A stretch of DNA of 64,000 nucleotides, taken from positions 640,001 to 704,000 of the forward strand of contig OY762940.1 in the NCBI GenBank assembly GCA_963667255.1, in the 5' to 3' direction. Every line of letters starts with the position of its first letter. The first letter of the stretch is position 1. The notes beneath the pieces are model-generated. The model saw nothing but the letters and a program-made list of their open reading frames with translations. It made no database searches and was not told the DNA's origin. The translations under genes were made by a program, and so were the position numbers. The stretch comes from Candidatus Cloacimonadota bacterium (lineage in GTDB: Bacteria > Cloacimonadota > Cloacimonadia > G963667145). Shown here in pieces: positions 28,957-38,955 of this stretch.

Positions 28957-29313
28957 CTATTTTTCTTTTATTTTTTCGAGACAATATTTGCAGTCCTCCT
29001 CAGAAATTTTCCCTTGATCTTTGAATGATGTAAGAATTGGCATTGCAAAGTCGTTGGGTAAAGTATGCCAAGTTGGATATCCTCTAGAGTTTGGATCTCC
29101 GATTTTTGACCAAAACCAACGTGTTGCCAACCTGTGGCTTCCTTCCCACAACAATAGAGCCAATGCCCATCTATTTTTTTCATCTATATAAATTATTTTT
29201 TTGACAGATGAAATTTTTTGTCTGGGGAAATTAATCAGTTTAGCATTTTCTTCTGTAACTTTAATCCACCCATCTTCGTCTAATTCAAAACCGTATTTTT
29301 TAAGATCTGCCAT
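28957..29313 (-). CDS. Hypothetical protein
   Basis: AGGAG RBS; W..RW...G.P.SRG.PTW motif. Confidence 0.75.
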   Translation of the reverse strand: MADLKKYGFELDEDGWIKVTEENAKLINFPRQKISSVKKIIYIDEKNRWALALLLWEGSHRLATRWFWSKIGDPNSRGYPTWHTLPNDFAMPILTSFKDQGKISEEDCKYCLEKIKEK

Positions 29314-29328
29314 GGCTTATCTCCTTTT

Positions 29329-30012
29329 TTAGTGTTTTTTCCACATTTCACAAATATTTTTTATTGCTTCTAAATATTGATTATAATTTGGTATAGAAGG
29401 ATGCTTTATAGAGTGAATAATGGATTTATTCAAATTGGTACTCTGTTTATATTTGAGAATATTATCACCACTCATTGCATTGAAACTATTACATCCTGCC
29501 TTTCCGCCTATAATAATTATGTCAGCTTCTAAAGCCTGAATTTCAGCATATATTTTCTTTCCGAGACAACTTTTCCCACTATCAATAATTGCAGTATAAT
29601 TTTCTCTTTTTGTTGAATTAGAAGTTGGACGTATATTATAATAAGTGATTTTGTTCAAAGTATCATTTTCTATACTCTTAATATTGTTGTAAGCCTCTTT
29701 CAAATCTTTTCTTGTAGGTTCTTTTCCTTTTTCTAAGCAATCCAATACTACTTTAGCAAAAGCTAAAGAGTATCTTACGGTTCTTGTTCTTGTGTTGCCT
29801 TTATCATTTAGCCAATCGCAGAGAGTCTTTTTACCAACATCAAAAATCTTACATTTTTCATATCCGTAAGGCTCTTCATTGATAATTAAAACTTTAATTT
29901 CTTGCTCCCAAAACAAATTTGAGATAGGACTATAAAACATATGATGCTCAATATGTCGTTGATCAATAAACTTTTTTGTTTCTTTTCTTGCATTTTTAAA
30001 AATTTCCTCCAT
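29329..30012 (-). CDS. Uracil-DNA-glycosylase-fold-like hypothetical protein
   Basis: GGGAGG RBS before ATG 30012; LIINEEPY, YYNI, ADIIIIGG, C-terminal HPS motif. Confidence 0.55.
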   Translation of the reverse strand: MEEIFKNARKETKKFIDQRHIEHHMFYSPISNLFWEQEIKVLIINEEPYGYEKCKIFDVGKKTLCDWLNDKGNTRTRTVRYSLAFAKVVLDCLEKGKEPTRKDLKEAYNNIKSIENDTLNKITYYNIRPTSNSTKRENYTAIIDSGKSCLGKKIYAEIQALEADIIIIGGKAGCNSFNAMSGDNILKYKQSTNLNKSIIHSIKHPSIPNYNQYLEAIKNICEMWKKH

Positions 30013-30174
30013 TAGTTCCTCCCATATTTTTATATTAAACCAGAGAAAGAATTCGGAGAAAATTGTCAACATAAATGATAATCTTTATTATAACTGACGT
30101 CAGCATAATAAAACTCTTATTTTTTTAGTTTTATTAGAAGGGTCGTTTACTATAAAAACAATAGAATAAGTTAC

Positions 30175-31539
30175 TTATCGGAAGGTTTTATTTAGGGGGT
30201 AAAATTTTTTCAAACTGATGTTGATTGAGGTGTATTTTTTGATTTCGCTCAAATAGATGAGGTTGTCTTCGGTTCGCAGTTGACAGCCAGTAAAGGTTTC
30301 GACCTCAAAATTTCCCATAATTTCCAAAACGATTTGGTCTATGTCAAAATTGCTGGCAACCTCAATAATATTTTTATCGGTAACGAATTTCAGTTGTTTG
30401 CGTTTTTTGAGCCAAGTTTTTATCTCTTTTTGGCTATCAAAATAAATCTCCGGATTATGCCCGATTTTGACTATTTTTTTTATTAGATTAAGAGAATATT
30501 TAATGTCATACAAATCTGAAAATCTGAAAGAAAATCCGATAGCTCCATTGGTTTGATATGCATAATCTATGAGCGACGAAATTTGGGTTTGAGCTGAGGA
30601 TTCATCCGCTATTTTATAATCTCCATCCATCAAGTCTTTGCTGGAAAAGGAAGCAAATAGTTCCTCTTTTTCGGATGGGAAAAAAATGTTCTTTTTGACA
30701 GGCAAATTCTCTGTATCGGCTTTTACCAGATTTTTGTTTATTCGGAAGAGCTCTTTTTTTACCTCTAAATTTTCGGGGTCAAAATTGCTGTTGTTTTTTA
30801 GTAAACAGTAGGTCAATTTGGGAATGGCTTCTAATAAGTAAAAATTCCAATATGGTTCATCATTTTTGAAATTGAGGGTAAAGTATTCTTTGATGGCTGA
30901 AATCGGATGCGAAAATAGATTCTTGATAATTTTCTTCAATGTTTTCGAATAGCTTTTCCATTTGTAAAGTCTGTCAATTTCTGCAATTAGGGATATAGCG
31001 AATTTTTCGTTGTTAGGCCACATTTTTTTGCGTATCATACAATGGTCATCATCGACACACTCTTCTATGAAGGTTAAAAAGTTGTTCAGCAGTAAGTTGC
31101 AGATAGGTTTATTGGAGGAATCTACTTGATAAGTGGAAAACTGATAGATATTACCAAACAAATCGAAATTGTAAAAAAAACATCTCGTAAAATCGTCTTT
31201 CTTTTCTTGGATGTCAGGAGGCATAGGGCTCAAAACATGGAATGTAGAGAACTCTTTTTTTAATTTCTTAGATTCTGCTTCGGTCAATTTTTCGTATAAA
31301 TCGGGATTGAATGAAACAAAGAAGATGTTGGAGCATTTGCAGTATTTTATCAAGTCGGTAATTTCACGATTTTTGGGTCGATTTAGCGAATAACACATCA
31401 GAATGTCGTCCTCTTCAATCTCCATAAGTCCTGCAATAATCTCGTGTTGAAAGCCCAAATATTCAAAGCTGAGGTCCAAAACTTCCGTTATTTTTTCTGT
31501 ATAAGTTTCTAATTTTTCGTCAATAATAAGTTTTATCAT
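30175..31539 (-). CDS. Hypothetical protein, degenerate polysaccharide-deacetylase-like
   Basis: WPNNEKFAISLIAEID resembles the WP..K.FA..LTHDVD deacetylase motif. Confidence 0.55.
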   Translation of the reverse strand: MIKLIIDEKLETYTEKITEVLDLSFEYLGFQHEIIAGLMEIEEDDILMCYSLNRPKNREITDLIKYCKCSNIFFVSFNPDLYEKLTEAESKKLKKEFSTFHVLSPMPPDIQEKKDDFTRCFFYNFDLFGNIYQFSTYQVDSSNKPICNLLLNNFLTFIEECVDDDHCMIRKKMWPNNEKFAISLIAEIDRLYKWKSYSKTLKKIIKNLFSHPISAIKEYFTLNFKNDEPYWNFYLLEAIPKLTYCLLKNNSNFDPENLEVKKELFRINKNLVKADTENLPVKKNIFFPSEKEELFASFSSKDLMDGDYKIADESSAQTQISSLIDYAYQTNGAIGFSFRFSDLYDIKYSLNLIKKIVKIGHNPEIYFDSQKEIKTWLKKRKQLKFVTDKNIIEVASNFDIDQIVLEIMGNFEVETFTGCQLRTEDNLIYLSEIKKYTSINISLKKFYPLNKTFR

Positions 31540-31691
31540 AAGTCCGTTTGTTTGAATTCCGTAGATAACTTGTTTTATTTGCAAATAATAATAAGAGCCA
31601 ACACAAACAAAAAAAAATCGATTTAACTGCCGTCAAGTAAAATTTGTGTTGACATTGCTTACTTGGGTGTTGATGTTGTTACAATTGAACG

Positions 31692-32084
31692 ATGAGTGTA
31701 TTAATTGATAACCGAACGGATTTCAAAATTAGTTGCAAGAGATTAGAGCAAATTTATGAAAAAGCTGTAAAGATTGGGGTTTTGCCAAAGGGTTATGAGC
31801 TTGATGTTTGCTTGTGTGAGAGCGATTTTATTTGCCAATATAACAAGGATTATAGAGGGTTGGCAGCTAAGACCGATGTTTTGTCTTTTGAGTTGAGTGA
31901 ATTTGCGGGGAGTGTTCTTATTTGTTTGGAATATTTGTGGGAAAGAAGTGGAAAGGAGCAGTTTGAACAGGATTTATTTTCCGTGTTTGCTCATGGCATT
32001 TGTCATTTGTCGGGCGATGACCACATCACTTTGGAGCAGAGAAAGTTGATGAGTTCCAGAGAAAAGATGATTTTGGAGATGTAG
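31692..32084 (+). CDS. ybeY: rRNA maturation endoribonuclease YbeY
   Basis: YNKDYRG...TDVLSF; HGICHLSGDDH. Confidence 0.88.
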   Translation: MSVLIDNRTDFKISCKRLEQIYEKAVKIGVLPKGYELDVCLCESDFICQYNKDYRGLAAKTDVLSFELSEFAGSVLICLEYLWERSGKEQFEQDLFSVFAHGICHLSGDDHITLEQRKLMSSREKMILEM

Positions 32085-32087
32085 TTT

Positions 32088-33299
32088 TTGGAGTATATTT
32101 ATTTTTTAATTTTTCTTTTTTTACTTTCCGGTTTTTTTTCGGGAGTGGAGTCCTCTTATTTTTCAGTTTCCAAGATAGAGCAACGAAGGCTTTGTCAGCT
32201 TTCCGGTAGTGTCCGCAGGCTTTATGCACACTCGAATAGGCTTTTGATAGCTATTCTGATAGGCAATACCGTTGTTAATGTGATGATAGCTTCTGTAGCT
32301 ACTGTTATCACTTTGGACTTGATTGAGAAGTTCGGCTGGATTACAGAGTGGACTATTTTGGCGGAAATACTAATCGTGTGGCTGTTGATTCTGATTTTTG
32401 GAGAGGTTTTGCCCAAAATATTTTGCTATAAGCATTCTCAACTCGTCGTGCAGAAATCCGCAACCATTATGGAGATTTTGGTTTATCTTCTTTTCCCGAT
32501 TATTATTTTCATTGAGTTTCTGGGCAAGATTTTTTCCCATAGCAAAAATGAGGACGCTGTTACCAAGAAAGAGATAAACGATTTGGTGGACTCGGGCAAG
32601 TTGAGCCTTGATGTGAAGCACAAGAAGTTGATGAAAAACATCTTGAGATTTCCCGATACCAAGATTGCTCAAGTGATGGTGCCGAGAGTGGACATTGTTG
32701 CGGTGGAGACAGGACACACTCCGCAAGAGGTTGTCAAGATTATCGTTGACAGTGGTTTTTCCAGGATTCCTGTTTTCAAGGGCGACATTGACAATATCTT
32801 GGGGTTTATTTACGCTAAGGACATTATTTTGCAGGGAGTTAAGGATTTCGAGATTGGCAAACTAATGAGAGAAGCCGTTTTTGTTACGGAGAATATGTCG
32901 ATTTCCAAGGTTCTGAATTTGTTCAAAAAGGGGAGAAGGCATATGGCTGTGGTGGTGAACGAATACGGTGGCACTTGCGGGATTGTGACGATGGAGGATG
33001 TGTTGGAAGAGCTTGTTGGGGAGATTTTGGACGAATCTGACACCGAAGAACCGATGGTGCAAAAGGTGGCGGGTGGTTACAAAATCAACGGGTTGTGCAA
33101 TCTCTACTTTTTGAATCAGGAGTTTGGATTGGAACTGCCTGCCGATGAGTATGATAATGTCTCGGAGTATGTTTATGATAAACTGGACAAGGTGCCGTCT
33201 TTCGGGGATTTTTTGGATGTGAGTGATACCAAGGTTTTGGAGATAGAAGGTCTGACGGATAATAGAATTAACTATTTGATTTTGAAGGAGAAAAAGTGA
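32088..33299 (+). CDS. CNNM/CorC (hemolysin-family) protein with CBS domains
   Basis: LSGFFSGVES, FGEVLPK, VMVPRVD, FSRIPV, EYGGTCGIVTMEDVLEE. Confidence 0.92.
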   Translation: MEYIYFLIFLFLLSGFFSGVESSYFSVSKIEQRRLCQLSGSVRRLYAHSNRLLIAILIGNTVVNVMIASVATVITLDLIEKFGWITEWTILAEILIVWLLILIFGEVLPKIFCYKHSQLVVQKSATIMEILVYLLFPIIIFIEFLGKIFSHSKNEDAVTKKEINDLVDSGKLSLDVKHKKLMKNILRFPDTKIAQVMVPRVDIVAVETGHTPQEVVKIIVDSGFSRIPVFKGDIDNILGFIYAKDIILQGVKDFEIGKLMREAVFVTENMSISKVLNLFKKGRRHMAVVVNEYGGTCGIVTMEDVLEELVGEILDESDTEEPMVQKVAGGYKINGLCNLYFLNQEFGLELPADEYDNVSEYVYDKLDKVPSFGDFLDVSDTKVLEIEGLTDNRINYLILKEKK

Positions 33300-34714
33300 A
33301 AATATTTGATACGCTAAGCCGAGAAAAGAGAACATTTGTTCCGATTGAACAAAACAAGGTTAAGATTTATGTTTGCGGTCCTACGGTTTACAACTATTTT
33401 CACATAGGCAACGCCAGACCGTTTGTGTTCTTCGATGTTGTGAGACGGTATTTTTTGTATAAAGGGTTTGAAGTGACCTTTGTTCAAAATCTGACCGATA
33501 TTGACGACAAAATCATTGCTCAGGCTCAGAAAGAGGGTGTGGATATTTCCCAAATCACGGAGAAGTATATAAAGGCGTTTTTTGAGGATACTAAGGCGTT
33601 GAATATTATGCCTGCCGATGAGAACCCGAAAGCGACCGACTATATTGAAGAGATGATAGCGTTTTTGGAGAAGTTGGAGAAATTGGGCTATGCTTACGCT
33701 GTGGATGGCGATTTGTATTTTGAGGTTTCCAAGTTTGCGGAATATGGGAAGTTGTCGGGCAAAAAGTTGGAAGATTTGCGTGCAGGTGCCAGAGTAGAGG
33801 CAAATTCCAATAAGAGGAATCCTGCCGATTTTACTCTCTGGAAATCTGCAAAGCCCGATGAGCCGTCTTGGAAAAGTCCCTGGAGCGTTGGCAGACCAGG
33901 TTGGCATTCGGAGTGCGTGGTGATGAGCCGAGACTTATTGGGCGACAATTTTGATATTCACGGAGGCGGAGTCGATTTGACATTTCCCCATCACGAGAAC
34001 GAGCTGGCTCAAGCGGAAGCTGTAACTGGCAAGCAGTTTGTCAATTATTGGATGCACAATGGGTTTTTGAATATTGAGGGCGAGAAGATGTCGAAATCTT
34101 TGGATAATTTTTTCACTGCTCGCGACATTCTCAAGCAGTATGATGTGGACACGATAAGATTTTTCTTCCTCTCCAAGCATTATCGTTCGCCGATTGATTT
34201 CAATAGGAAAATTATGCAAGAGTCAAAAGTTGCCATTCATAACTTCGTTTCGGCACTAAGTTCGGTGGATTATCTCGCGAATAGGGCAAAAATTGAGAAG
34301 AGCGATTTGTTGCAGGAAGAGGTTGCTTCTTTTATCGAGGCGATGGACGACGATTTTAACACGGCAAAAGCTTTGGCTGTGTTGTTCGGGTTAGCCAGAA
34401 AAATCAAGAAAGAGTCCGATTCGGAGAAATTGCGTTTTCAAGCAGCATACACGCTTATTCATTTGGGCAGAGTTCTTGGCTTGTTCTCCAAATTGGAAGA
34501 GCAAATTCAGGGTTTGGACAAGACAGTTGATGAAATCGCTTTGGATGGCTTGGAGTCGCAGTTGATAGAACTTTTGCTCTCTTATAGAGACGATGCCAAA
34601 AAAGAGAAGAATTGGGCACTCGCCGACAAAATCCGCGATGACTTGCAAGAACTCGGTTTGAAGATAGTGGACACCAAAGACGGAGCGAGGGTAGAAAATT
34701 TTAAGAAAGATTGA
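33296..34714 (+). CDS. cysS: Cysteine--tRNA ligase
   Basis: CGPTVY..HIGN, GRPGWH.EC, HGGG.DL.FPHHENE, KMSKS. Confidence 0.98.
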   Translation: MKIFDTLSREKRTFVPIEQNKVKIYVCGPTVYNYFHIGNARPFVFFDVVRRYFLYKGFEVTFVQNLTDIDDKIIAQAQKEGVDISQITEKYIKAFFEDTKALNIMPADENPKATDYIEEMIAFLEKLEKLGYAYAVDGDLYFEVSKFAEYGKLSGKKLEDLRAGARVEANSNKRNPADFTLWKSAKPDEPSWKSPWSVGRPGWHSECVVMSRDLLGDNFDIHGGGVDLTFPHHENELAQAEAVTGKQFVNYWMHNGFLNIEGEKMSKSLDNFFTARDILKQYDVDTIRFFFLSKHYRSPIDFNRKIMQESKVAIHNFVSALSSVDYLANRAKIEKSDLLQEEVASFIEAMDDDFNTAKALAVLFGLARKIKKESDSEKLRFQAAYTLIHLGRVLGLFSKLEEQIQGLDKTVDEIALDGLESQLIELLLSYRDDAKKEKNWALADKIRDDLQELGLKIVDTKDGARVENFKKD

Positions 34715-34722
34715 TAGTTCTT

Positions 34723-35724
34723 CTATTTATAAAAATTTTTAACATTTAAATCGTGGCGACTTTTCCCAGTAAGCACCTTTTTTACCCAAGCCAAAATAAA
34801 TCCACATCCGTAGCCGAGTAATTGAATAAAACTTGTGATGATACACAGCACAGCCAAAAAGGGATTTCTGTATCTTATGATAGCACTCAGCCAAAGCAGA
34901 AGAATGTAGAAAAGCGGAAGAGACAGCAAGCATGGGCAGAAGAAACTTCCTGCCAAAATCCCCCCAAATCCCAGAGTGAAAATTGCAGGAGCTAAATGCA
35001 CGAGTTTGGTTGTCTTCGGATGCAGAGTTCCCAAGTTAATCCTCGCTGAGCCGGAATTTAGCACTTGCTTCCAAAATTGCTTGATAGTCGCTCGTCTTTT
35101 GTGATAAACCCAAGCATTCGGAAAAAGGCGACTTTTTTTGCCGTTTTTTTGGAGTCTGAGGCTGAGGTCTATATCTTCGCCAAAACGGAGATTGGAAAAT
35201 CCTCCAACTTGCAAGAAAGCATCTTTTTTTATCCCCATATTGAAACTTCTTGGGAAGAAATTTTTAGCTTTTCCTCCTCTAATTCCTCCAGTGGTGAAAA
35301 AGCTGGTCATAGAAAAACTGATAGCTTTTTGCATCGCTGTAAATTCAGGATGTTCCTTGTCCGGACCGCCAAAGAAATCGACTTTCTTTATATCCAACTC
35401 TTTTTTGATTTCGCCAAGCCAATTTTGAGGAAGCAAGCAGTCAGAATCCGCAAAGAGCAGATACTCGCCATTAGCAACGGAAGCCCCATTGTTGCGAGCA
35501 GAAGAAGGACCTGCATTTTTTTGGCAGAGGATTTTCAGATTAAGCGAAGGATAAATATTTTTGGCTTTGTGCAAAAAATCGATTGTGGAGTCTTGTGAGC
35601 CGTCGTCCACAATAATCAGCTCAAATTTGTCTTTTGGATAGTTCAGTTTATCCGCAAACGAGAAGAACTCCTCAATTTCGTTTAGTCTATTGTATGTAGG
35701 CACGATTACACTAAAATCAATCAT
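34723..35724 (-). CDS. Glycosyltransferase family 2
   Basis: VIVPTYNR, VDDGS, DSDC, GEDIDLS. Confidence 0.92.
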   Translation of the reverse strand: MIDFSVIVPTYNRLNEIEEFFSFADKLNYPKDKFELIIVDDGSQDSTIDFLHKAKNIYPSLNLKILCQKNAGPSSARNNGASVANGEYLLFADSDCLLPQNWLGEIKKELDIKKVDFFGGPDKEHPEFTAMQKAISFSMTSFFTTGGIRGGKAKNFFPRSFNMGIKKDAFLQVGGFSNLRFGEDIDLSLRLQKNGKKSRLFPNAWVYHKRRATIKQFWKQVLNSGSARINLGTLHPKTTKLVHLAPAIFTLGFGGILAGSFFCPCLLSLPLFYILLLWLSAIIRYRNPFLAVLCIITSFIQLLGYGCGFILAWVKKVLTGKSRHDLNVKNFYK

Positions 35725-36694
35725 TTTTTATCCTGTAATTTTTAAAGGTTTTGGATTCTTCACTTTTGAGAGTTCCATTGTCCAAATAGTAAATCAAAAC
35801 TGCAAGATTTTTTTCGTTGGCGGATTTTATGGTTTTGTCAATCGGCATCATGAAGTAAGCTGTGGCAAGGGCGTCCGCATTGAGTATGCTGGTATCTATC
35901 ACGGTGATGCTGATACATTGTGTGCTGGGGTAACCGCTAATCGGGTCGATAATGTGGTGGTATCGCACGCCGTCTTGGATGAAAAATCGCTCGTAATCTC
36001 CCGAGGTAACTATCGCACCCTTGGTGATTTCCACAGTGTCAATCAGCACATCTTTTTGGCGAGGATGTGTGATACCGATTTTTTTTGGAGTTTCCCCAAA
36101 AATTAGGATGTCGCCACCGGCATTTATGTAACCGTCAGAGATGTTGTGTTTTTGCAGATAGTTGTAAACCTCTTGCACGATAAAACCTTTGGCTATTCCT
36201 CCCAAATGAATTTTCAAATTTTTCGGTTTGGAGATATAGGAGGAATTGTAGCAAATTTTTTCAAAACCGCAATTTTTTTTAGTTTTTGCAATTTTTTCGG
36301 GAGAAGGGACTTTTTTTTCTTCAAAATCCCAAATATTTATCAAAGCACCTATCGTTGGGTCAAATTTTTTTTCGGATAAAGCATAGATTTTTTTGCTATA
36401 ATTCAAAAGAAAATACAGTTCAGGGAAAATTTTTGCCTTTTCTTGAGAATTTATCATATTTAGAGAACTTTCAGCTTTTTGGAAACTCAATTTATTTTCA
36501 AGATTATTTATAATGGCGAAACAGGTGTCGATTATGGCATCCAAATTGCTTTGATGTCCTTTTAGACTAATTTCTACGAAAGTCCCAAGAGCAATTCTGG
36601 ACTTTGTCGCCTCATTCTCACTTAATTTTTGTCTCCAAAAGGAAATCGAAAAAAGAAGACAAAAAATTATTAAAAAAAAAATGTTTTTCTTCAT
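35717..36694 (-). CDS. apbE: FAD:protein FMN transferase
   Basis: LGT, FDPTIG, LGGIAKG, INAGGD, TSGDYER, YHHIIDP, ADALATA. Confidence 0.94.
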   Translation of the reverse strand: MKKNIFFLIIFCLLFSISFWRQKLSENEATKSRIALGTFVEISLKGHQSNLDAIIDTCFAIINNLENKLSFQKAESSLNMINSQEKAKIFPELYFLLNYSKKIYALSEKKFDPTIGALINIWDFEEKKVPSPEKIAKTKKNCGFEKICYNSSYISKPKNLKIHLGGIAKGFIVQEVYNYLQKHNISDGYINAGGDILIFGETPKKIGITHPRQKDVLIDTVEITKGAIVTSGDYERFFIQDGVRYHHIIDPISGYPSTQCISITVIDTSILNADALATAYFMMPIDKTIKSANEKNLAVLIYYLDNGTLKSEESKTFKNYRIKND

Positions 36695-36969
36695 AATTTC
36701 TTTCTGAAAAAAATCTATTCTTAGTCAAGAATAAATTAAGGAAAATAAATCTTGTAACTTCTAAAAATACAATAAAATACAAAAAATCATAAAAAACTAA
36801 AAAAAATAAAATATGCATTTAATTTCTTATAAATGAATATAATAAGTCCTATATTGCCAAAAAAAAGCATTGAAAAACAAAAAAAAGATTTGACACATAA
36901 ACTATTTAGAATTCCGTTTGATGTGTGATAGTAAAAAAAGTATCAATTTTGATAAAATCAGGAATTAAA

Positions 36970-38955
36970 ATGCGGACGAAGAAATTATTTTTGTTCATAC
37001 TTACCTTTGCATTCAGTTTGTTGAGTGCACAGCTTCCTTTGGGTCAAAGCGAAAGCGAGCCTCTAAGCGTTGTTATGTATGCAGACAGAATATCAAGAAA
37101 CTATGAGGTGAGACTTTCTTCTGCTCTTTCTTCTTATTGTGAAAGAGGAACTTATGAGGTTGATGTTACTGTCAATCTGAAACCGAGACAAGGTGCATCT
37201 TCTTATCGTTCTTTTCAGAGTTCTTCGGATTTTGGTATGGATGATGGGATTATCATGCCCGGGACAGATGGGAGGTTCCTTAACGAATTTGTAGACAACC
37301 CTGAAGGAGTGCAGAGTGTTGTTGCTGCTCCAGTTCTTCCTGCTGTAACAACTAACACTTATTCTTCCAGCAATTTAACTGATTATGATGTTGAGAATGT
37401 TATTATAAATGTAATGCTTGATGCTTCTGCTTATTCTCCGGAGGATGTTTCCTTTATTGAGGAATTGGTAAGAATGAAATCGGGAGTAGATGCGTATCGT
37501 GGAGATGTGGTTAATGTTTCTTTGGTTAAGTTTACCAATCAAAAGCAGAAGATGATAGAAGAAGCACAAAAACTTGAGGAAGAAAAGAAGAAAAAAGAAG
37601 AGGAAGAAAAAAAGGCTGCTGAAGAAGAAGAAAGACGGAAAAGACAAGAGGAGTTAGATAAAGCTAACCAAGTTCAACCTGAACCTGAAAAGGAAGATAA
37701 TTTCCTTACTTACCTTATAGTTGGGTTAGTTGGGTTGCTATTATTGATTGGATTATTCCTTGCATTTTTCTTTATGTCCAAAAAACAGTCCGCCATGAAT
37801 GCCAACCTAGTGCAACCGAAAGTTAACTTCCCTCGATATGACGAGCAATTCGATAGCCTTATGCAAGAGGTTAGGGATCTTAGGAATGTCAATAGAACTT
37901 CTGATCCTGCGAGAATGGAAATTGCCGAGTACAAGAAACTCCGTTCTTTTGCTATTAATAAGTTCTTAGCGGAAGCAAAAAATGTGGGGATAGTATTGCA
38001 AGGTTGGGTAGATAGTGGTGGAGATGAAGGCGTTGATAAGGCTTCTAAATTGATTAAGGCGATAGATGAAAACCTGTTAGAGATTTTGGAAGAAAAAGTT
38101 TCTCACGAAGATTTCAAGTTGTTGTCCTGGAATGTTCGCAACATGGAAGAACTTGATACGAAAACTAAGCTGGAAGCGTTGCAAAATTTTAAAAATGCTT
38201 GGAGTTCTCTGACTGTTACTGAGGATAGTGAAGGTGATTCTGGAATGTTTGGTTTCTTGAATTCTATGTCTGTGGAGCAAATCAGACAAGCACTCAAGGG
38301 AGAAGCTGATGGTGTCCAAGCTCTTGTTATTACGCAAGTGTCAGCGGATAAGGCTTCGGAGATACTTGCTTCTTACACTTCTGAGCAACGCTCCTCTATT
38401 ATGGCAAATATGGGTAAACTTGGCAAGATACCTACTTCTGTTTACAAAGAGGTTTCCAGTCGTTTGGCAAAAGAGGCTCTCAATATGCGTGGTATGGAGT
38501 ATGTTTCTTCCGATGGAGCCGGCAAGATGTTGGAGATTTTGGAAACTCTTTCTATTGGAGAGCAAAAAGAGTTCATTGATGAGATTACTAAAGCTGATAT
38601 AAATGTTGCTGAGAAGGTGTTGAAGTTCTTTATCGCTTTTGATGATTTGGCTGATTTGGAAGAAAATATTTTGGTTAAGGCTATCCAAAAAATGGATAGA
38701 GATTTGTTGTCATCAGCTTTGGTTGGTGTCGATGAGATTAAAACTAACAATCTTCTTTCCAATATTCCCGAGCGGATGAGAGAAATCATCAAGTCTGAAC
38801 TTAGAATAAACGAAAATAAACTCAAACCTGACGATGTAGAAAAAGCTAGAATGAAAATGATGTCTATAGTCAAGAAAGAGATTAGAGATGCTGGTGGACG
38901 AAAGATTGGCGATAATGCACAAGCTGAAGAAAAAGGGATGAGCGATGAGTATTAG
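36970..38955 (+). CDS. FliF C-terminal ring domain-FliG fusion protein
   Basis: Signal peptide; FliF_C-like IEELV...G.D..RGDVVNV...F; one TM; FliF C-tail-like VGIVLQGWV; then FliG N/M/C-like domains (FIAFDDL, IPERMREIIKSEL). Confidence 0.8.
   Translation: MRTKKLFLFILTFAFSLLSAQLPLGQSESEPLSVVMYADRISRNYEVRLSSALSSYCERGTYEVDVTVNLKPRQGASSYRSFQSSSDFGMDDGIIMPGTDGRFLNEFVDNPEGVQSVVAAPVLPAVTTNTYSSSNLTDYDVENVIINVMLDASAYSPEDVSFIEELVRMKSGVDAYRGDVVNVSLVKFTNQKQKMIEEAQKLEEEKKKKEEEEKKAAEEEERRKRQEELDKANQVQPEPEKEDNFLTYLIVGLVGLLLLIGLFLAFFFMSKKQSAMNANLVQPKVNFPRYDEQFDSLMQEVRDLRNVNRTSDPARMEIAEYKKLRSFAINKFLAEAKNVGIVLQGWVDSGGDEGVDKASKLIKAIDENLLEILEEKVSHEDFKLLSWNVRNMEELDTKTKLEALQNFKNAWSSLTVTEDSEGDSGMFGFLNSMSVEQIRQALKGEADGVQALVITQVSADKASEILASYTSEQRSSIMANMGKLGKIPTSVYKEVSSRLAKEALNMRGMEYVSSDGAGKMLEILETLSIGEQKEFIDEITKADINVAEKVLKFFIAFDDLADLEENILVKAIQKMDRDLLSSALVGVDEIKTNNLLSNIPERMREIIKSELRINENKLKPDDVEKARMKMMSIVKKEIRDAGGRKIGDNAQAEEKGMSDEY

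Noticed and set aside
30088..30150. TATAAC...TAATAAAACT/AGTTTTATTA hairpin as a third attC-like site
   Set aside because: The stem is AT-only and arm spacing does not fit; it is more likely a terminator or chance.
37540..37660. GAA/AAA-rich stretch as a tandem repeat or contingency locus
   Set aside because: It encodes an E/K-rich coiled coil with mixed codons, not a perfect repeat.
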